DNA of 64,000 bases from Acanthaster planci (lineage: Eukaryota), in the NCBI RefSeq assembly GCF_001949145.1, contig NW_019091356.1, positions 584,938 through 648,937 of the forward strand, given 5' to 3'. The notes beneath the pieces are model-generated. The model was not told where the DNA came from. It searched no databases and saw nothing but the letters and a program-made list of their open reading frames with translations. How positions within the stretch are numbered: position 1 is the first letter of the stretch; every line of letters begins with the position of its first letter. Below, in pieces: positions 37,701-51,291 of this stretch. Both the position numbers and the translations under genes were made by a program.

Positions 37701-40700
37701 CGGAGGCAGACAAGGAATACATGACTGGAACTGAAGATTAGCGGGGAAGGAAAATTGCATTTACGACCACAAAGCCTACCGAGAGTCATTTTGAGTTAAA
37801 CTAATTCTCAACAACAAAAAAAAGGAAAGAAAGTGGAGCAGGTCAGAGAGTGACTCACTAGCAGTCATCAGAAGGAATATGATCATGGTTGACTTTAAGA
37901 TGACCTATACATTCTGTGCATTGGATCTTTGCAAGGGATGAAAGCTGTAACACACAAAACAATTGTTGTCTTTCTAATATATTAAACAAGCCAAAGTGGA
38001 AATATTTTTCACTACTGGAAGCTTTAAATAACATATAGGACAGTATGAACAAGTAATAGGCCAAACCAATATGACAGAGATGCCAGACTAGTTAGTTTGC
38101 ATTGTTAAAATATGTACTTTTATGTCCCTCGTCTTGAACATTTGACGTGCATTTTGGCAACGCCCACCACCTAGTAGATGAGGTATTTAATGTGTGGCAC
38201 TGTCACAATCTATAACTTCTACTTCTAATATCCAGATTAACCTAGAGGTAGTGCATACAAATAAAACTTTACAAAGTAAATTTTTTGACAAATGACCAGC
38301 AATATACGGGGGATGGGAAGCGTGGAGTTGGAAGGGAAGGAGTTTTACCTGAGCAATTTTCATTGTCAATGGTTCTAATAGACTGCACTTCAGACTCAGG
38401 ACCAAATCCCTCGCTGGTCGCTACTGCCATATGCACATCATAAACTGTTGCTGGTTTTAATCCTCGTAAAGTGTAACTACTCTCTGAGCCATCCACCTAC
38501 ACAATTTGATAGGGGGAAAAAAACGGTCCCAGTAAAGATGAATATTGGCCACCAAAATTCAACTATTGATGTTCCTGAATCTTTCTGTACTTGAAGGATT
38601 AAGAATGAGGCAGAATGCACTTATATCCCATCCCTTACCTCTCGACAGGTGTATTGCCTGGGTAGCCCACTCTCCTGATAACAGACACGATACTTGCTGA
38701 TGCACCCTCTAATGAGGGCTACAATGGTAATGGGCTCCCACTTGACAAAGATTGTGTTTCCACGGCTACTGGTCAAGGAAAACATTGGAGCTATTACAGG
38801 AACTGCAGGTGAAGTGGGGAAAACAAGAAATTGGTTGGTAGGTCACAATAGAACTCTGCATAAACACAAGAAAAAGGGTTTTATAATGTATGGTTTCAGT
38901 TGCCGAGTACAAATACCTTTATTGACACATGCTCATTGGGGGGGGGGATTGGTTCCCTCAATTCAAAGTACATGTGCCCTATAAGAAAGGTCAGCCTCGG
39001 TAGGGAAATTTGGAAAGAAAAATGGAAACTTACAATGCCCCTTCAACAGTTTGGTTCTCTAATAGCAATTCATACAATTTAAGTGCAGTGCCATGACAAG
39101 ACAGATTTGAACATGAACTATACGTGCCTCCTTCAGCAGTTTGGCCCAGCACTCTTTCAGAGATACCACTGGCTACTGTAGTGTATGCACGCATGTAGAA
39201 CGTGTAGTTGGTGTAAGGAAGCAGATCTTTTACGATGTGGGTATTTGAATGCTCGTCTGCCATCACCAATTGCGTCTCTTCCCCATCTACAAGAGAAAAC
39301 AAATTTACCATTGAATGTTTTTGTTTTCTGATTATGAAATCAAGGATTCCTCAAATGCTCTGTAAGTAAAGAAATTGTTGCGCCACTTTTGAGCCTTACA
39401 AAGACACACTTTAAATTACGTCAGTAAGCAGCAGGTTGTGGATTCCAGTCGCTGTCAAGTGTATTTTAACATTTTCTCACAATCTCCACAACAGGTTATA
39501 ATGAACTAAGGTCAAATCCCATCCATAAATACCTGGTTCAATGTAGTAATGCAAAGAGAACAGAGAGAGTCCTTCATCTGCTTGCCAGGTGATCAAGATT
39601 TGACTGCTGTCAACGGTGTAGGTTGTAAGGTTATAGGGTGGATCAGGAATATTCACTGGAAGTCACACACAAAAAAATTACAGATCACATAAATGACATC
39701 GAGGTAGAAAACGCACGGGATACAGCACATGCCTAAAAGACTTTTAAAAGGAATATAAGGTTAATTATCAGTATTACATATTTGGCATTCAGGTCATTCC
39801 GTGTCAACTCAACACGCTTTTGGACCAGACTGTCACAGATTGAAATGACATTCAGTGTGTTTATTGGACTCCTTGAGAAATGTCCAAAACTGAAATTTAG
39901 TGTCAATCAGTCAATCTGTTCTTGAGATACAAGTTAACGAATTCTTGACTAATTAACTTGACATGCTTTGTTTAGACAGCCATATCTCCTGAAGTAACAC
40001 ACCAAGAGATAAAATTTACATTATTTCTAAGCTCTTGAAATTCATTCATAAAACAAAATCGAAATATATTTCATTTACTGACAAAAAAAACGGTGCAACT
40101 TTGACCTTTGACCTGCAAAATGCATACTTTTGTTTACTGTTAGCTTAAGATGTAACCAACATTTCCAGAAAGATTTAGGATGGGCACTCCCAAGATTTTT
40201 GAGTTGTGTTCATTATGCTCATGTTCATCTGAATATATTTCTTTTATTTAAAACAAATCTGTAATGTTTGGTAAAAGAGCACAGGAAATTCGGGAGCCAA
40301 AGGAGATACCCAAATGTTTAGTATAGGGGTATTCATTACAACAACGTTGTACCGGATATGTTTAACTTCATAAAACTTTCATCAAGTTGTATTGCAACAA
40401 TAGTTGACCACATCGTGAAGAAAGCAACAATATACTTGTGAGTAAAACACAATCTGTTGGACCTCAAGACTCTTTGGGAATAGACTCATGGGACATATTT
40501 CTTCATATAACTTGACAGATGTATTTACGGGCTCTACCGACATTTGCCATGTCCAATTTACTGGGCTGTGGCTAGAAATAACACAAACTTGTATCTATGC
40601 GAAATGGCTACATCCGCTAGGCAGTGGCTCCCATAGGCATACACATTATTCCCATCCCCAGCCATGTCATTCAGACATGGCTTTGGATGGGAAGCCAAGC

Positions 40701-43564
40701 CATTTTACCTTTTTTGGCACACTGACTCATGGGAATCAAAACCTGAACGTTGAAAAATCATGCTGTACACATGCAAAGCCAACAGGCTGACTACAAAACG
40801 TTGATGGCCTTGAAGTGCCCTGTAACAGGTTATGTCCCAATAACTTGGCTATGGCTCAGGAGTCTTTGGTTGGGGCTGAAGCTACTTCCCATAGAGTCAA
40901 ATGTAATTGCAAGCCCCAGCCAAGTAGTTTGGACACGGTCACAGTTTATAATTGATCCTCATCAAAGAACATTATAACAGGTAATGAGCAGGTGAAAGCC
41001 TTACGTGGGAGAATCACGGTGAGACGTGCACTGGTCTGGATAGTCCCTACAGAGTTGGACACCACACACTGGTAGATTCCGGCATGCTCTTTGTCCACAT
41101 TCCAAATGATAAGGGTGCTGCTACTCATCTCTTGTCCGATGAGTCGGGATTGGATGGGTTCGCCATTCAGATACCAAGAGATTTGGGGCTTTGGTTTTCC
41201 ATCAGCATTGCAATAAAGACGTGCGGTGGAAAAGTAAGGAACTGTGTCGCTTGTCGGACGGACAGTGAACTCAGGGGGAACTGAAATGATAAATGAGGAG
41301 AAGGCTTTCACATTATGTTTACTTTGAATTCATTAAAATATGAATGAGTTGAATTTATAACCAGTCGGCACTGGTAAAGAATCAATCAAAACATTTCAAC
41401 TTTCAGAGTTCACCACTAAGACAATGGACTACTGTATCCTTGCTATTTACATGAGACAAATTTCCTAATAAGAAATAGTTGTCATTTAAATGTTAGTAAA
41501 TCACAACTCAGTGTTCGCATTTGCAGTCATGTAGGCTGGATTCAAATTTCACAAATACTGAGTCCCAGTGACAAGAACATTGAGCTATGACGCCCATGAA
41601 GTTATGATGTCGCTTGAGTCACGGCAGATATTGTAATGACTAACACATTAGTCAATAAACCTTTTGCAAGTTAAATTTGAATAAAATTTAGTACACTGAC
41701 TTTTCTGATTGCGCATAAACATAACAATTTGAATTCCCCAGACTGAAGACACTGTTGCTATACCTGTTGATTCGGGGCAAGCTTTTTCAAAGCGCCCACC
41801 ATCTCTGGAATGGACTGGTTCTTTTTGTGCAGTTCTTATCCACTGAAAACAGTGTATTAATGTAGGGCATCTCTTATGTAACTAAGCAAATGCTAGCCGC
41901 CAATCACGAGGTATAGCAACAGTGTCTTTAGTACAGAGAATTCAAATTGTTATGCTCACGCGCATTTAACTCAGTGTACCAGATTTATTCAAATTTAACT
42001 CACAAAAGGCTTCTTGATAGTGGACTTGAGTTTGGAAGCAAACACTTTCTCCCTTCATTCACAATGACTTCACTTACAGACGTCTTCAATCTGGACCACT
42101 GCATTCGCCCTCTCAACTTCCCCCGTCCTAGTATCTGAGGCGTTACAGGTGTACACACCGCTGTCATCAGGAGTCAGATTGGTCAGCTTCAGATTCTTGT
42201 TACCAGTGAAATGGCTTCTTCCAGGTGGCAAAGCTTTCTCCCCTGCAAAGCAGAGAGTACATGCAGTTCAATTCATCCTCCATAAAGAATTCAATTAAGG
42301 AACCCAGGATTTAATGATGAACTCCAAGTGTTCTTGATCCCCATGTGATTTACAACACCACAGTCACACGAAGTCATCAGAGGTAAGACTGACAGGAAAA
42401 ATCTTCCAAACATCCACCAGAAAGGTTATGTTCATGAGTTTTCCGATTCTGTTTTTGCCATTTAAGGCCCCTGTTTTGAATTGATTTCCCTGATTCAGGA
42501 TACTTTGGAAATCTTAGAGACAATCAATCCACAATCATTTTTCCTCTCACCATTCCTGCTCCACTGGATTTCTACCCAGTTCCCCGCACCAAGGCATTCC
42601 AATATCAACACATCCACAGGAGCAATCATCGTCACATCCTCAGGCTCTTGGAGTAAGAGTCTCCCTTCCCTTTCGCTCACTGTCCCGTTGCTACAATCTG
42701 ATGTCCGGAGTTCCTCCATGACAGTCACCCATGACGACTCACTGGTAGTCAGTGCAGTAGCTGGGTTACCAGTGATGCAGCGGTACTCACCACCATCCTC
42801 CCAGATCACTGGGGTGATCTGAAGCACCCCGTCGGGAAGTAATGTATACCTAGAAAATGAAAATAGAGAAGGAAAAGTAAGTGAGATTTCTTCGGGTGTC
42901 TTTCCCAAGACTGCCAGTACATGTACTTTGCACCTCCCACACATGATCAGAAGCCATTCTGTAATGGACATTCCCTTGATAATTTTTGTATTTCACCCCA
43001 TGCTGCACCTAGCACTGGCTAAGATTGACTTTTAGAAACTGCAATACTAACTACCATAGGCAGAAACACACCCCAACAAGTGTGCAGCACTGGCATTGCT
43101 TTCAACTTGATATACAAGTGAAAGATCACTTACCAGTCTACAATCACATTTAACATGGACAGAGAGAGATATGGGTTCATTCATGCTTCACAGTTCACAT
43201 CGAGGCAAGAAAGAGAGAAAATTTCAGGGTCTTGAAAACAGTTTCAATATCATTTTGTTAATGTTTTAACAAATTTGCTTCACTGTTAAAAAGTGAACAA
43301 CTAGAGACAAGGGATGCATTTGTTGTTCCTCGTGTTCAAGGGACAGGGCGTAATGAAAATAATGGTTGAAATGAAATAAATGAAAGCTCTTGTCTTTGTG
43401 TAATGATAGAAGCGTTTACCTTTCATCCTGGATCAAGTCTTCTCCATCTTTTTGCCACAGGAATGGGTGTGGCTTGGATGCATTAGACTGGCATTCCAGT
43501 CTAATCGAGCCATTTAGAGCCACATCCAGACAAGAGGGGAGTATAACAGGCTTTCTTAGGGGTT
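31726..43564 (-). CDS. PRTG: protogenin/IGDCC-like (DCC/neogenin-related) single-pass receptor: 3 Ig + 5 FN3 + TM + cytoplasmic tail visible; N-terminal exon(s) not located
   Basis: 17 exons in transcript order: 43420-43564, 42551-42849, 42078-42242, 41005-41280, 39533-39655, 39128-39286, 38639-38802, 38349-38496, 37542-37730, 37197-37292, 36768-36927, 36173-36300, 35422-35601, 35081-35227, 33622-33736, 33169-33346, 31726-32109, in frame for ~1017 aa. Ig motifs: YTLLPDGVLQI...DGGEYRC, DDSGVYTC, PPEFTVRP...CNADGKPKPQISWYLNG...GIYQCVVSNSVG. FN3 motifs: LLPYTNYTFYMRAYT, GLKPATVY, DLKPYTIY, WHPPLNPNGVIQGY, NLTSDTRYYF. TM: GLVIGILLGTFCIVLCTVLAGI. Five FN3 domains (DCC/neogenin have six) and no P1-P3 tail motifs point to the protogenin/IGDCC4 subfamily; the symbol is a best guess. 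Confidence 0.8.
34375..34665. mobile_element. MITE with 23-bp TIRs and a TTA target duplication
   Basis: TTA|CCTTACATACCTAGTGTGGACAT ... ATGTCCACACTAGGTCTGTAAGG|TTA; one mismatch; internal GTGGAC/GTCCAC subrepeats. Confidence 0.8.
35694..35830. repeat. 34-bp minisatellite, 4 copies
   Basis: TCAGCCCACTACTATAGAATACC.AAGTGTGACA repeated in tandem. Confidence 0.9.
36692..36751. repeat. 30-bp tandem duplication close to a splice donor
   Basis: AACTGCTGTGAGCAAA(A/G)TGCGCAGCTGAAG x2. Confidence 0.85.
39790..40400. mobile_element. possible DNA-transposon fragment in the 1.35-kb intron
   Basis: Begins CAGGTCATTCCGTGTCAACTCAAC, a TIR-like start; no matching right end found; boundaries approximate. 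Confidence 0.3.
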
Positions 43565-45475
43565 CTAAGAAAGAAAAAAGAAATGCAGGACTCAGTAGAT
43601 ATCAGAAACCCTGTGATGTAAACTCCAATGAAAGTTTCTGCACCCTTTACATTAAGCTAGGTACCTGTAGGATGCTGTACAATCATTAGCGATGGTAAAA
43701 CAGCACAGACCTGCACGGAGTTAGTTTCTCTGAACATAGATAGTTGTCAGCAGCAAACATATGCCTTTCTTGTCAAATTTCCCTTCGATTGCTAAGCTTC
43801 CAGACATATGTAACTTTCAATGTAGAACTTTTATTACTCTTGAGTACAAAGTATTCAAACTCACTTTTACATCTCATTTGGGATGCCAGTTTCACCAAAC
43901 TTTGAATGATGCAATCACTCAGGCCCAAATAACCAAGCTTGATTTAAAGGAATGACCTTCACAGACTAATCTCAGGAGATGCCATTAACTGTGTTGACTC
44001 CACTCACACCCATATCCTTGAGCAGGTGTACACTTTGACAAGGCAACCCCTTATTGGTTGAAGGGGCATGTAACACACACCAACCTCCTGCCAACAAGGG
44101 TGCTACATGTACCAATGTAGTAATAGCTTCTAATTCTGCCTGTTCATTTTAGTTTGTTTCAATCTATACTGTCAAGCTGGACTCCCAGCATGCATTGTTT
44201 CCCGTCAAATTACATGTAGTCCATAGGTCAAGTCCATTCATGCACAAGTAAACATGTATGCCCTTTGAACAAAATGAAACACTTCAGTTCTGATGAATTA
44301 AATCTTACACTAGCAGTAACCTTCATTTTGCGACAGGTCACACATGACACAATGTAAAGGAACAGATCTGATAAAGTGAACAATGAACAAAACTAAAACA
44401 CTGTCATCTCTTAATAACGTTAAAATACATGTACAGGTGTATGTCTTAAATTCTCAGGGGAAGGGAAGCAGGCAGGTATCCCATATCAACAGAATGACCA
44501 TCATGACAAACTGTACCTTCTCAATTCTGAATTTAACTTTAAAACACCTGTACGCATGAATTATGTGAACACAGGTTGAATTTTTAATCAGCAATTTATA
44601 ACTGTACCACAAAAGAAATACTGTATATCTACTGTTTAACATTCCGTACCAGATGCAAAAAAACAGCAGCAAATGTTGTGTGCGTACGCAACCAGAATAC
44701 ACCATGCAGACATGTACGATCTAAAGCACACATAAATGTGTACCTTATACACAGCTGTGCTGAAATCTGGACACCTGTTTACAATATACTGTAATGGAAA
44801 TTGCTGGCTCCAGTGATTCTGCTCAAAAACTAGACCATGGACATAAGATAATCAAAACTAACTTTATACTCTTCATGCTCTGTTCATTATTTCATGCTTG
44901 TTAAAATATTTGCCACTTAATATTTTGGAATCCTTATGAGGTGTAATTTACCGGTAGGCTGCATCCAAATTGGTTGTCTAGGGCTACATACAGGTCCAGG
45001 TTTTCACTCCATTAAAAATATGCAGAGACATGCAGACGGTGGACCTAGCTATAGCTCTGGAAGCCTGTTTCAGCCATGGCCTGAGATTCAGGGCTAGGTT
45101 TTGACACATTGCATGTACACATACATGCATGAATATGTACATGTGCACTGTACACGTACATGTATATACATGTACATGCACAACAGCAAAATGAAGTTGG
45201 CATTGCTAAGTTGATGGAAATAAGTCAAATTTAGAGAAAACGAGATGTCATCCATTTTTTTGAGGGGAAACTTGGGTTGAGAAAGAGATCGCTGTTTATA
45301 AAAACAATATCATGAATTTCACAATTTTTTTGAGCCATTCTTGAACTGTCCACCACTAGGCAACCCCATTGATCCAGAGAGCACTTTGTGAGTGCACGTC
45401 ACCTGCTTCAAAGTTTTGGGCCTACTCAGTCTGGGCTTCCAATTTTGATAGCTGGAGTAACATTGAGCATGTTAA

Positions 45476-46051
45476 CCATTGCCGCCGGGGTTTCCGGTAC
45501 CGGGCACGTTTGCTTTATCTGCGTGGTCGGTGTCTCCGAAATTGGACAAAGGGGACTGGGCCTTGTAACAAAAGACTGGAGGCATAATAAATGACCAAGC
45601 TGCTGGGCATTACCAACATTTTTTCACTCTCAATAGTGGAGATAATCCAGCCTTGTTTTGAAACAGTATACCACTGTTTGGGGGATTTAGCTTGAGCGGA
45701 TTACCACCGGGGACAAAAGTGCTCCACCACCACAGCCACGAGCCACACAGCACCCCTGCATGCTAATCTGGCCCCTATTGAAAAGAGGTCAGCAGTGCAC
45801 TGTACCAGGTTTGTAAACAAAAGAAAGTTACATAACANCTCTTTTTACAAGGCTGCGGGCCTGGCTTAAATACTCGGGTGTCAATAGATGTGGTCTGTCA
45901 GATTAGATTAGCCACCAGACAGTCATTCGTGTGGGTGTAAACGTCCATTAAAATGAAATGATGAATTTTTGAAGAATTTTGAAATCTGAAAATCTTGAAA
46001 ATGTCCCGTTTGTGTGCACTGCATTTTTCAAACCACCCGGCAACGAGCTGG
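45476..46051. mobile_element. non-autonomous TTAA-type (piggyBac-like) element, copy 3
   Basis: TTAA|CCATTGCCGCCGGGGTTTCCGGTACC...; shares its left part with copy 2 and its right end (TTTTTCAAACCACCC) with copy 1; the right TTAA is degenerate. Confidence 0.8.
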
Positions 46052-46934
46052 TACATACAATTAACATTGCATTTCCTCTTTTCTCTTGCCCATATGCTCT
46101 TTGCATATTTTTTCAAATCTATTTAACCAGCAAAAACTTCAACTCATTGAACAAGACTACGCTAGGTATTCAATAATGATGAAAAAATCTCCCTGTGAGG
46201 TAGAAAAACGGTTCCATACTGTAAACACCACTTTATGAACCCTAACGGTCCCTATCCGGCCAATTTACAACACTCACAGAGTTTGTTGACATTTGATGGG
46301 TTGAGTTCTGTGTACATATGAAACTTACAACACAAAGTGTTGGGTTATGACAGGATGAGTACTGTACAGATGCAGTAGCAGTGATGGGTTTGGACTGAGT
46401 GAGTATGGTTGGTAATACCCATTACCTGCTGCTGGGTGTTTGTGCTGCTGGTATATGTGTACCTGTAAATGAATGGGGTCATTTGGTCATGTACCTGTAC
46501 TTAAGGAGAAGAATAACTTATTCTAGAGTATTTGGTGACCTTGGTTTTTTTAAGGGAAGTCAAAGATAAAAACGAAGAAATCTGAGTCCTCCCCTAAACC
46601 AAGTACAATTCTTTAAAGCCCTGCAGTTGTTGGATCTTGAAGGAATGAGTACACTGTTCCCATTCCTCATCCCTACTCAGCCAAAACCCAACAGTTTACT
46701 GCCTGTTGGAGCACACTGGTCCTTGCTATATGGTTGGAGTTTGTGGGTCTGAGTGCTGCTCAAGCAAGTGGACTGTTGAAATCTAGCAGGTTGAGTACAA
46801 GTACCCCACATAGTAGCAAAAGGGTGTTGCAATTTGACAGGTTGAGTCAGCCTTCTAGAAAAATGCTGAGAGGGTTAAGCCGCAGAACTTACTGTATATT
46901 TACACAATAAATTATGGATCAGCTTTAGAAACTT

Positions 46935-47191
46935 TAATCGTGGTAATGATTGTATATAATCATGGTAATGACTATATAGTCGTGGTAATGATTGTATATA
47001 GTCATGGTAATGATTGTATATAATCATGGTAATGACTATATAGTTGTGGTAATGATTGTATATAGTCATGGTAATGATTGTATATAATCATGGTAATGAC
47101 TATACAGTCGTGGTAATGATTGTATATAGTCATGGTAATGATTGTATATAGTCATGGTAATGACTGTATATAATCATCGTAATGATTGTAT
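46935..47191. repeat. 20/22-bp minisatellite, ~12 units
   Basis: (A/G)TC(A/G)TGGTAATGA(TTG/CTA)TATATA repeated in tandem. Confidence 0.92.
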
Positions 47192-49319
47192 GACCTCTTA
47201 TAAAACTAATATCCACAAAAGTGTAAATGATTTTGGAAATAAAACTTTAAATTTTGGATTCAACAAAGCGTGTAATATACCCTCATCTTCAGCCTTGAAC
47301 AAGTGACAAAAAGTGACAGTAAAGCCAGAAGTTAGTGACAAATAAATCTTTTTGTCATGGCTCCAAGATAGTGGCTGCAATCACTACCCATAGAGTCACA
47401 TGTAATATCTAGTCCCAGGCCAAGTAATCCGAACACAGCCTGGTGTACGTGTAGAGAGGTAAAAAGAGGACAATCCTGAATTCCATGACATGACTAACAT
47501 GTAATAAGGCAACACTCAGAGAAAAGTCATGATGGTTCAAATGAAACAGGCCAGCAAGAATATGAATAGCCTGCAGGGTATCATACATGTAGGTCAAGAT
47601 GTGGGAAGATTGATTACAGCATTGTTGTAAGGAGCAATGATGTTTCATGTCAAAACTTGCTTGTTTGCCCATGAACATACCGGTAGATTAAAATCAATAT
47701 CCAATTAAAATGAGCAAGTATTCGAATAGTGTATGCCCCAAATGAAGTACATCCAAAGTCATTACGACATATGTCCTTGGTCTGCCCTATCAGTGCAGCC
47801 CTATGTGGACTCACAAACATGCTTTGTTCCTGAATGACCTTGCTTTAAAAAAAAATATTACTGAAGTGCATTATTGCAACATGAGGGTATGAGTAGCAGG
47901 TCAGACTGCATCTGCTTGACTCTATAATTTACACATACATGTACTGAAAAATTACCATTTTGAACCAGCAGCATCACTGCCAATGAACAAAAACAACGCA
48001 ATCCAACCTGTACCTGTTATCTTTTTTACAACTATTTACATAATGCTTCTGACATTTCTAAAGTCTTTCAACAGAATACACAATGATTCTGATGCCTAAC
48101 ACATTGGATGTGAGCCAGGAAGCTGTTATTTGGTGCTTCAGTACATGGCCTTTCCAAGAAGGTTTGGCATTGTGAAAGTCCTGCGGGTTAAATCTCCAGG
48201 AATGTAGGTCTCCTGCAGAAAGTTCAAAACACTGCCAAGGTATTTTCTTTTAAATCGATGAATACTGAGGCACCTGTGACTGTTGGGGACACACCTGTAT
48301 CAGCTGAATTACTACAGAATTTTTTTTGGAATTCATGTGACAAAGAACCTGGTTCGATAAAATCCTGGGCTGGCATTAATACAGCTGGACAACTGATCAA
48401 GGACAAGTTTGAGGAACAATTAGTCAATTACACCACCCACACAAGGCCAAGCAATCAATCAATCAATCAATATCAAATTCAAATCCATTACCAATTCAGT
48501 TATATTCAATTGTATCATTAAAAATGCTTCATGACATATCAACTGCTAACAGGCAGGGTTGCAAAAATCCTTCAATCAATAAAATGGCCAATTTGTTTTT
48601 ATTTTTATATTTTCAAATCCATACACAACAGCCTTTCCTTTCAAATGTGAAGGCCAACAGACTGTTTTTTGTTTCTTTCTCTTTCCTTTCAGTCAAATCT
48701 GCAGGAGATGTAGACTCAAGCCTCATAATCATCATCTGACTGCCAGAATATTTGCTTTTGTTTTGATTCTAGAGTCCTTTGGGTGACTTCAATCATTCTA
48801 CAGAATGGTATTGTCACACAGTGAAAACACCACACACCTTTCAGCAGCTAGTCTCATACTGCAGGTACCATGTGCATGTACCATGTTATGTCAGAAATGT
48901 TGGTCCATCCTGCCCTTGGACTACAAACCCTGTGCCAAAATAAGTCTTCATTCTTGGCAAGTGTCCAGGGAAATGAAGCCAACTTTGCACAACACCTTGG
49001 CTTGTTCTCTGAACTTTAACCCAAGCCACATACAAAGTTCAGTCAGTTTCCTTTTACTTGTGAGTGCATCTAATGAAAAGATTTTACACTTTGAATTCAC
49101 CCCTGGAATTTATTGGAATTTTGGTTGGCTATGTTTATTCAATCACCCTATGTTACTGCTTGTTTCTAAGGCACTATTGATATTAATATACATTGTACAA
49201 TACTGCCCAAAATATAGATTTAGGTAACAGATCAAAATGGCTTCCTTGTAAATGGTCATGCATGCTCTGTCAATTCTGTGCTAACTGCTTATGAACCTAT
49301 ATCCCATACCTACCTGCAT

Positions 49320-49460
49320 CAGTGGTGTAACTAGGGCTAAATGTCAGGGGGCACTAGGGGGGCGCACACATTTTTTTAAAGGGGGCACCACAAGAAAATA
49401 AGCTGTAGCTACCTTTTAACGGAAATTATTCAGAGACTTCAAATGGGGGGGCACACGCAC
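49320..49460. mobile_element. hAT-like MITE fragment (left end only)
   Basis: CAGTGGTGTAACTAGGG start followed by repeated GGGGGCAC subterminal motifs. Confidence 0.45.
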
Positions 49461-49647
49461 AATACACTTGCATGTATTCTGGTACATATTTTCAGATCAA
49501 ACAGACATTGCTGTTAAGTAAACCTAATAGGCCTACATCTGGTTCCTGAATGGAGCAGATAATGTACAAGTCAGTTCCAACAACCATCGCTTTTCCTACA
49601 GATTCAAAACAGATGAGACAGGATGCTTTATTTACTAGCAACATCAG

Positions 49648-49777
49648 AGGCCCTGTTTATTTAATGGATCAGTGATCCCGAAGCTGGTTCACTCTACCCA
49701 TTTGGAGGGTTCTGCTGTTAGCGAACCAACATCGGATCACTGATCCCAATCCTGATCTGCCTGATACAAACTGACCC
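49648..49777. mobile_element. short palindromic MITE remnant containing an ~80-nt hairpin
   Basis: GGATCAGTGATCCCGAAGCTGGTTC pairs with GAACCAACATCGGATCACTGATCC; outer GGCCCTGTTT / AAACTGACCC ends. Confidence 0.55.
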
Positions 49778-50262
49778 AATGCAGCTACCACATTACACAC
49801 CCTCTTCCCTGTGTCCTTGCAGAGCAATGCACAAAGCCGCCACATAAAAGCAGCCCAGAGTCAGGAGTTAGCCCGTTCCCATCCCTTCCCCTTCTCTCTC
49901 TCCCCCCCCCTTCACCAGAGATGAACCCTACTTTTTACCTGAGGCCAACTTTGCATTCTGTATTCCATTCTCACAAAGTCACAAGAGATTCAGTCAGGTA
50001 TATTGTTTTACACAACTGTGCATGATCACCCCACCAACAACTGTAACACAATACATCAAGTTCACCTTGACTTCTTGACACTCTTGGTTTCAACCCATAC
50101 AGTATTCCTCCCAGTCCCATCCGGTCTATCCCTCAGTGAAATATGTGTTTCCCAATTTTGTTGAACAATCAACATCTGTAAATGTATAAATGGTTCTAAC
50201 ATTTTACAATTTGGAAAACGGGTATGAAGGGAAATTTAGAAAGCAAGTGTGAAGGGACACAA

Positions 50263-51291
50263 GGCCCTTCAACACCCGCTGCTGGAAACACATGTCTGCG
50301 ATGTTTGGTGCTGATCATCTGTCGCAAGGGTCACTTGCAATTTCATCGCAAGCTTTCACATGGTACAATTCAGCACATTAGCAAATGTCCCTCATTTTGC
50401 AGCACTGACAAAGCAACACTGGTACTTCAATATTTTTGAATGGCAGAATTACAGAGTAAAAGTGATTTTCTAGCCATGTATGCAAATGCTTTTTTGCAAG
50501 TTTCCACTAACATTTGGGTATGTATTCAGTGACAACGAAACATGATTTGCAAGCTGAAGGCTGCCCATAATCATGCATACACCTGTCTGCCTTCTAAATT
50601 TAGTGTCTCAATTTTGCAAGCAATCCTGGGAGTTTATTATTTATCACACTAGCGAACAGCAGCATGATTTTCGATGTTGGTGCCTTGTTGCCAGCACCAG
50701 TCTAGCACTTTATAACTCTGGTGTCCAATTTATAAACAGAAGATATCAACTACGATCCTCAGAAATGCTGTGAAAAGAATATTTTGTTTTTCCTCTTTTT
50801 TTCTTATTCGTGGCTCTACAGGAATTTATTTCAAAAAGAAATAAAGTGCAATTTGTTTTGGTATTCGTAGCACCCAACAACAAGGCCTGAACTTCATAGA
50901 TCTGGTTCCCGCCCCTCAAATATAAAAATCTGTAATAATGCATGTGTGGAACCAGATGGCCTCATGACTATCAGGCAGTATATTTGTGAACTGCCATTTT
51001 GAATGACAGCAAAGTTGTGTGAGTGTAATGGACTTCAGTGCACACCGTCATTGCCAAAATTGCCTGCTTTACAGGTGCATTCACACAACTCGATAATAAC
51101 AAGGATTTCGTACCCCTGCGAAATTTTGGAGGACATCTGGATCCATGTGACGATCACAGTTTGGCGACAGGGTTGCAGTGATACTCATACTTTTACATGA
51201 CACTAATTGGCAATTGCACACGTGTATCACTGCGATTGTGACATTGATGCTTTTCCATTGCAAGGGTTTGCGGTGCTCATGTGAAAGGGCC
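50263..51291. mobile_element. ~1-kb non-autonomous element with Harbinger-like termini
   Basis: AGGCCCTTCAACAC ... GTGAAAGGGCCT imperfect TIRs; internal TCGCA/TGCGA repeats; no coding capacity. Confidence 0.5.

Noticed and set aside
37859..37944. Exon-like segment (AG...GTGAGT) between FN3-2 and FN3-3 exons
   Set aside because: Candidate lengths of 46 or 86 nt break the frame, and the flanking exons already join in phase; at most a poison exon.
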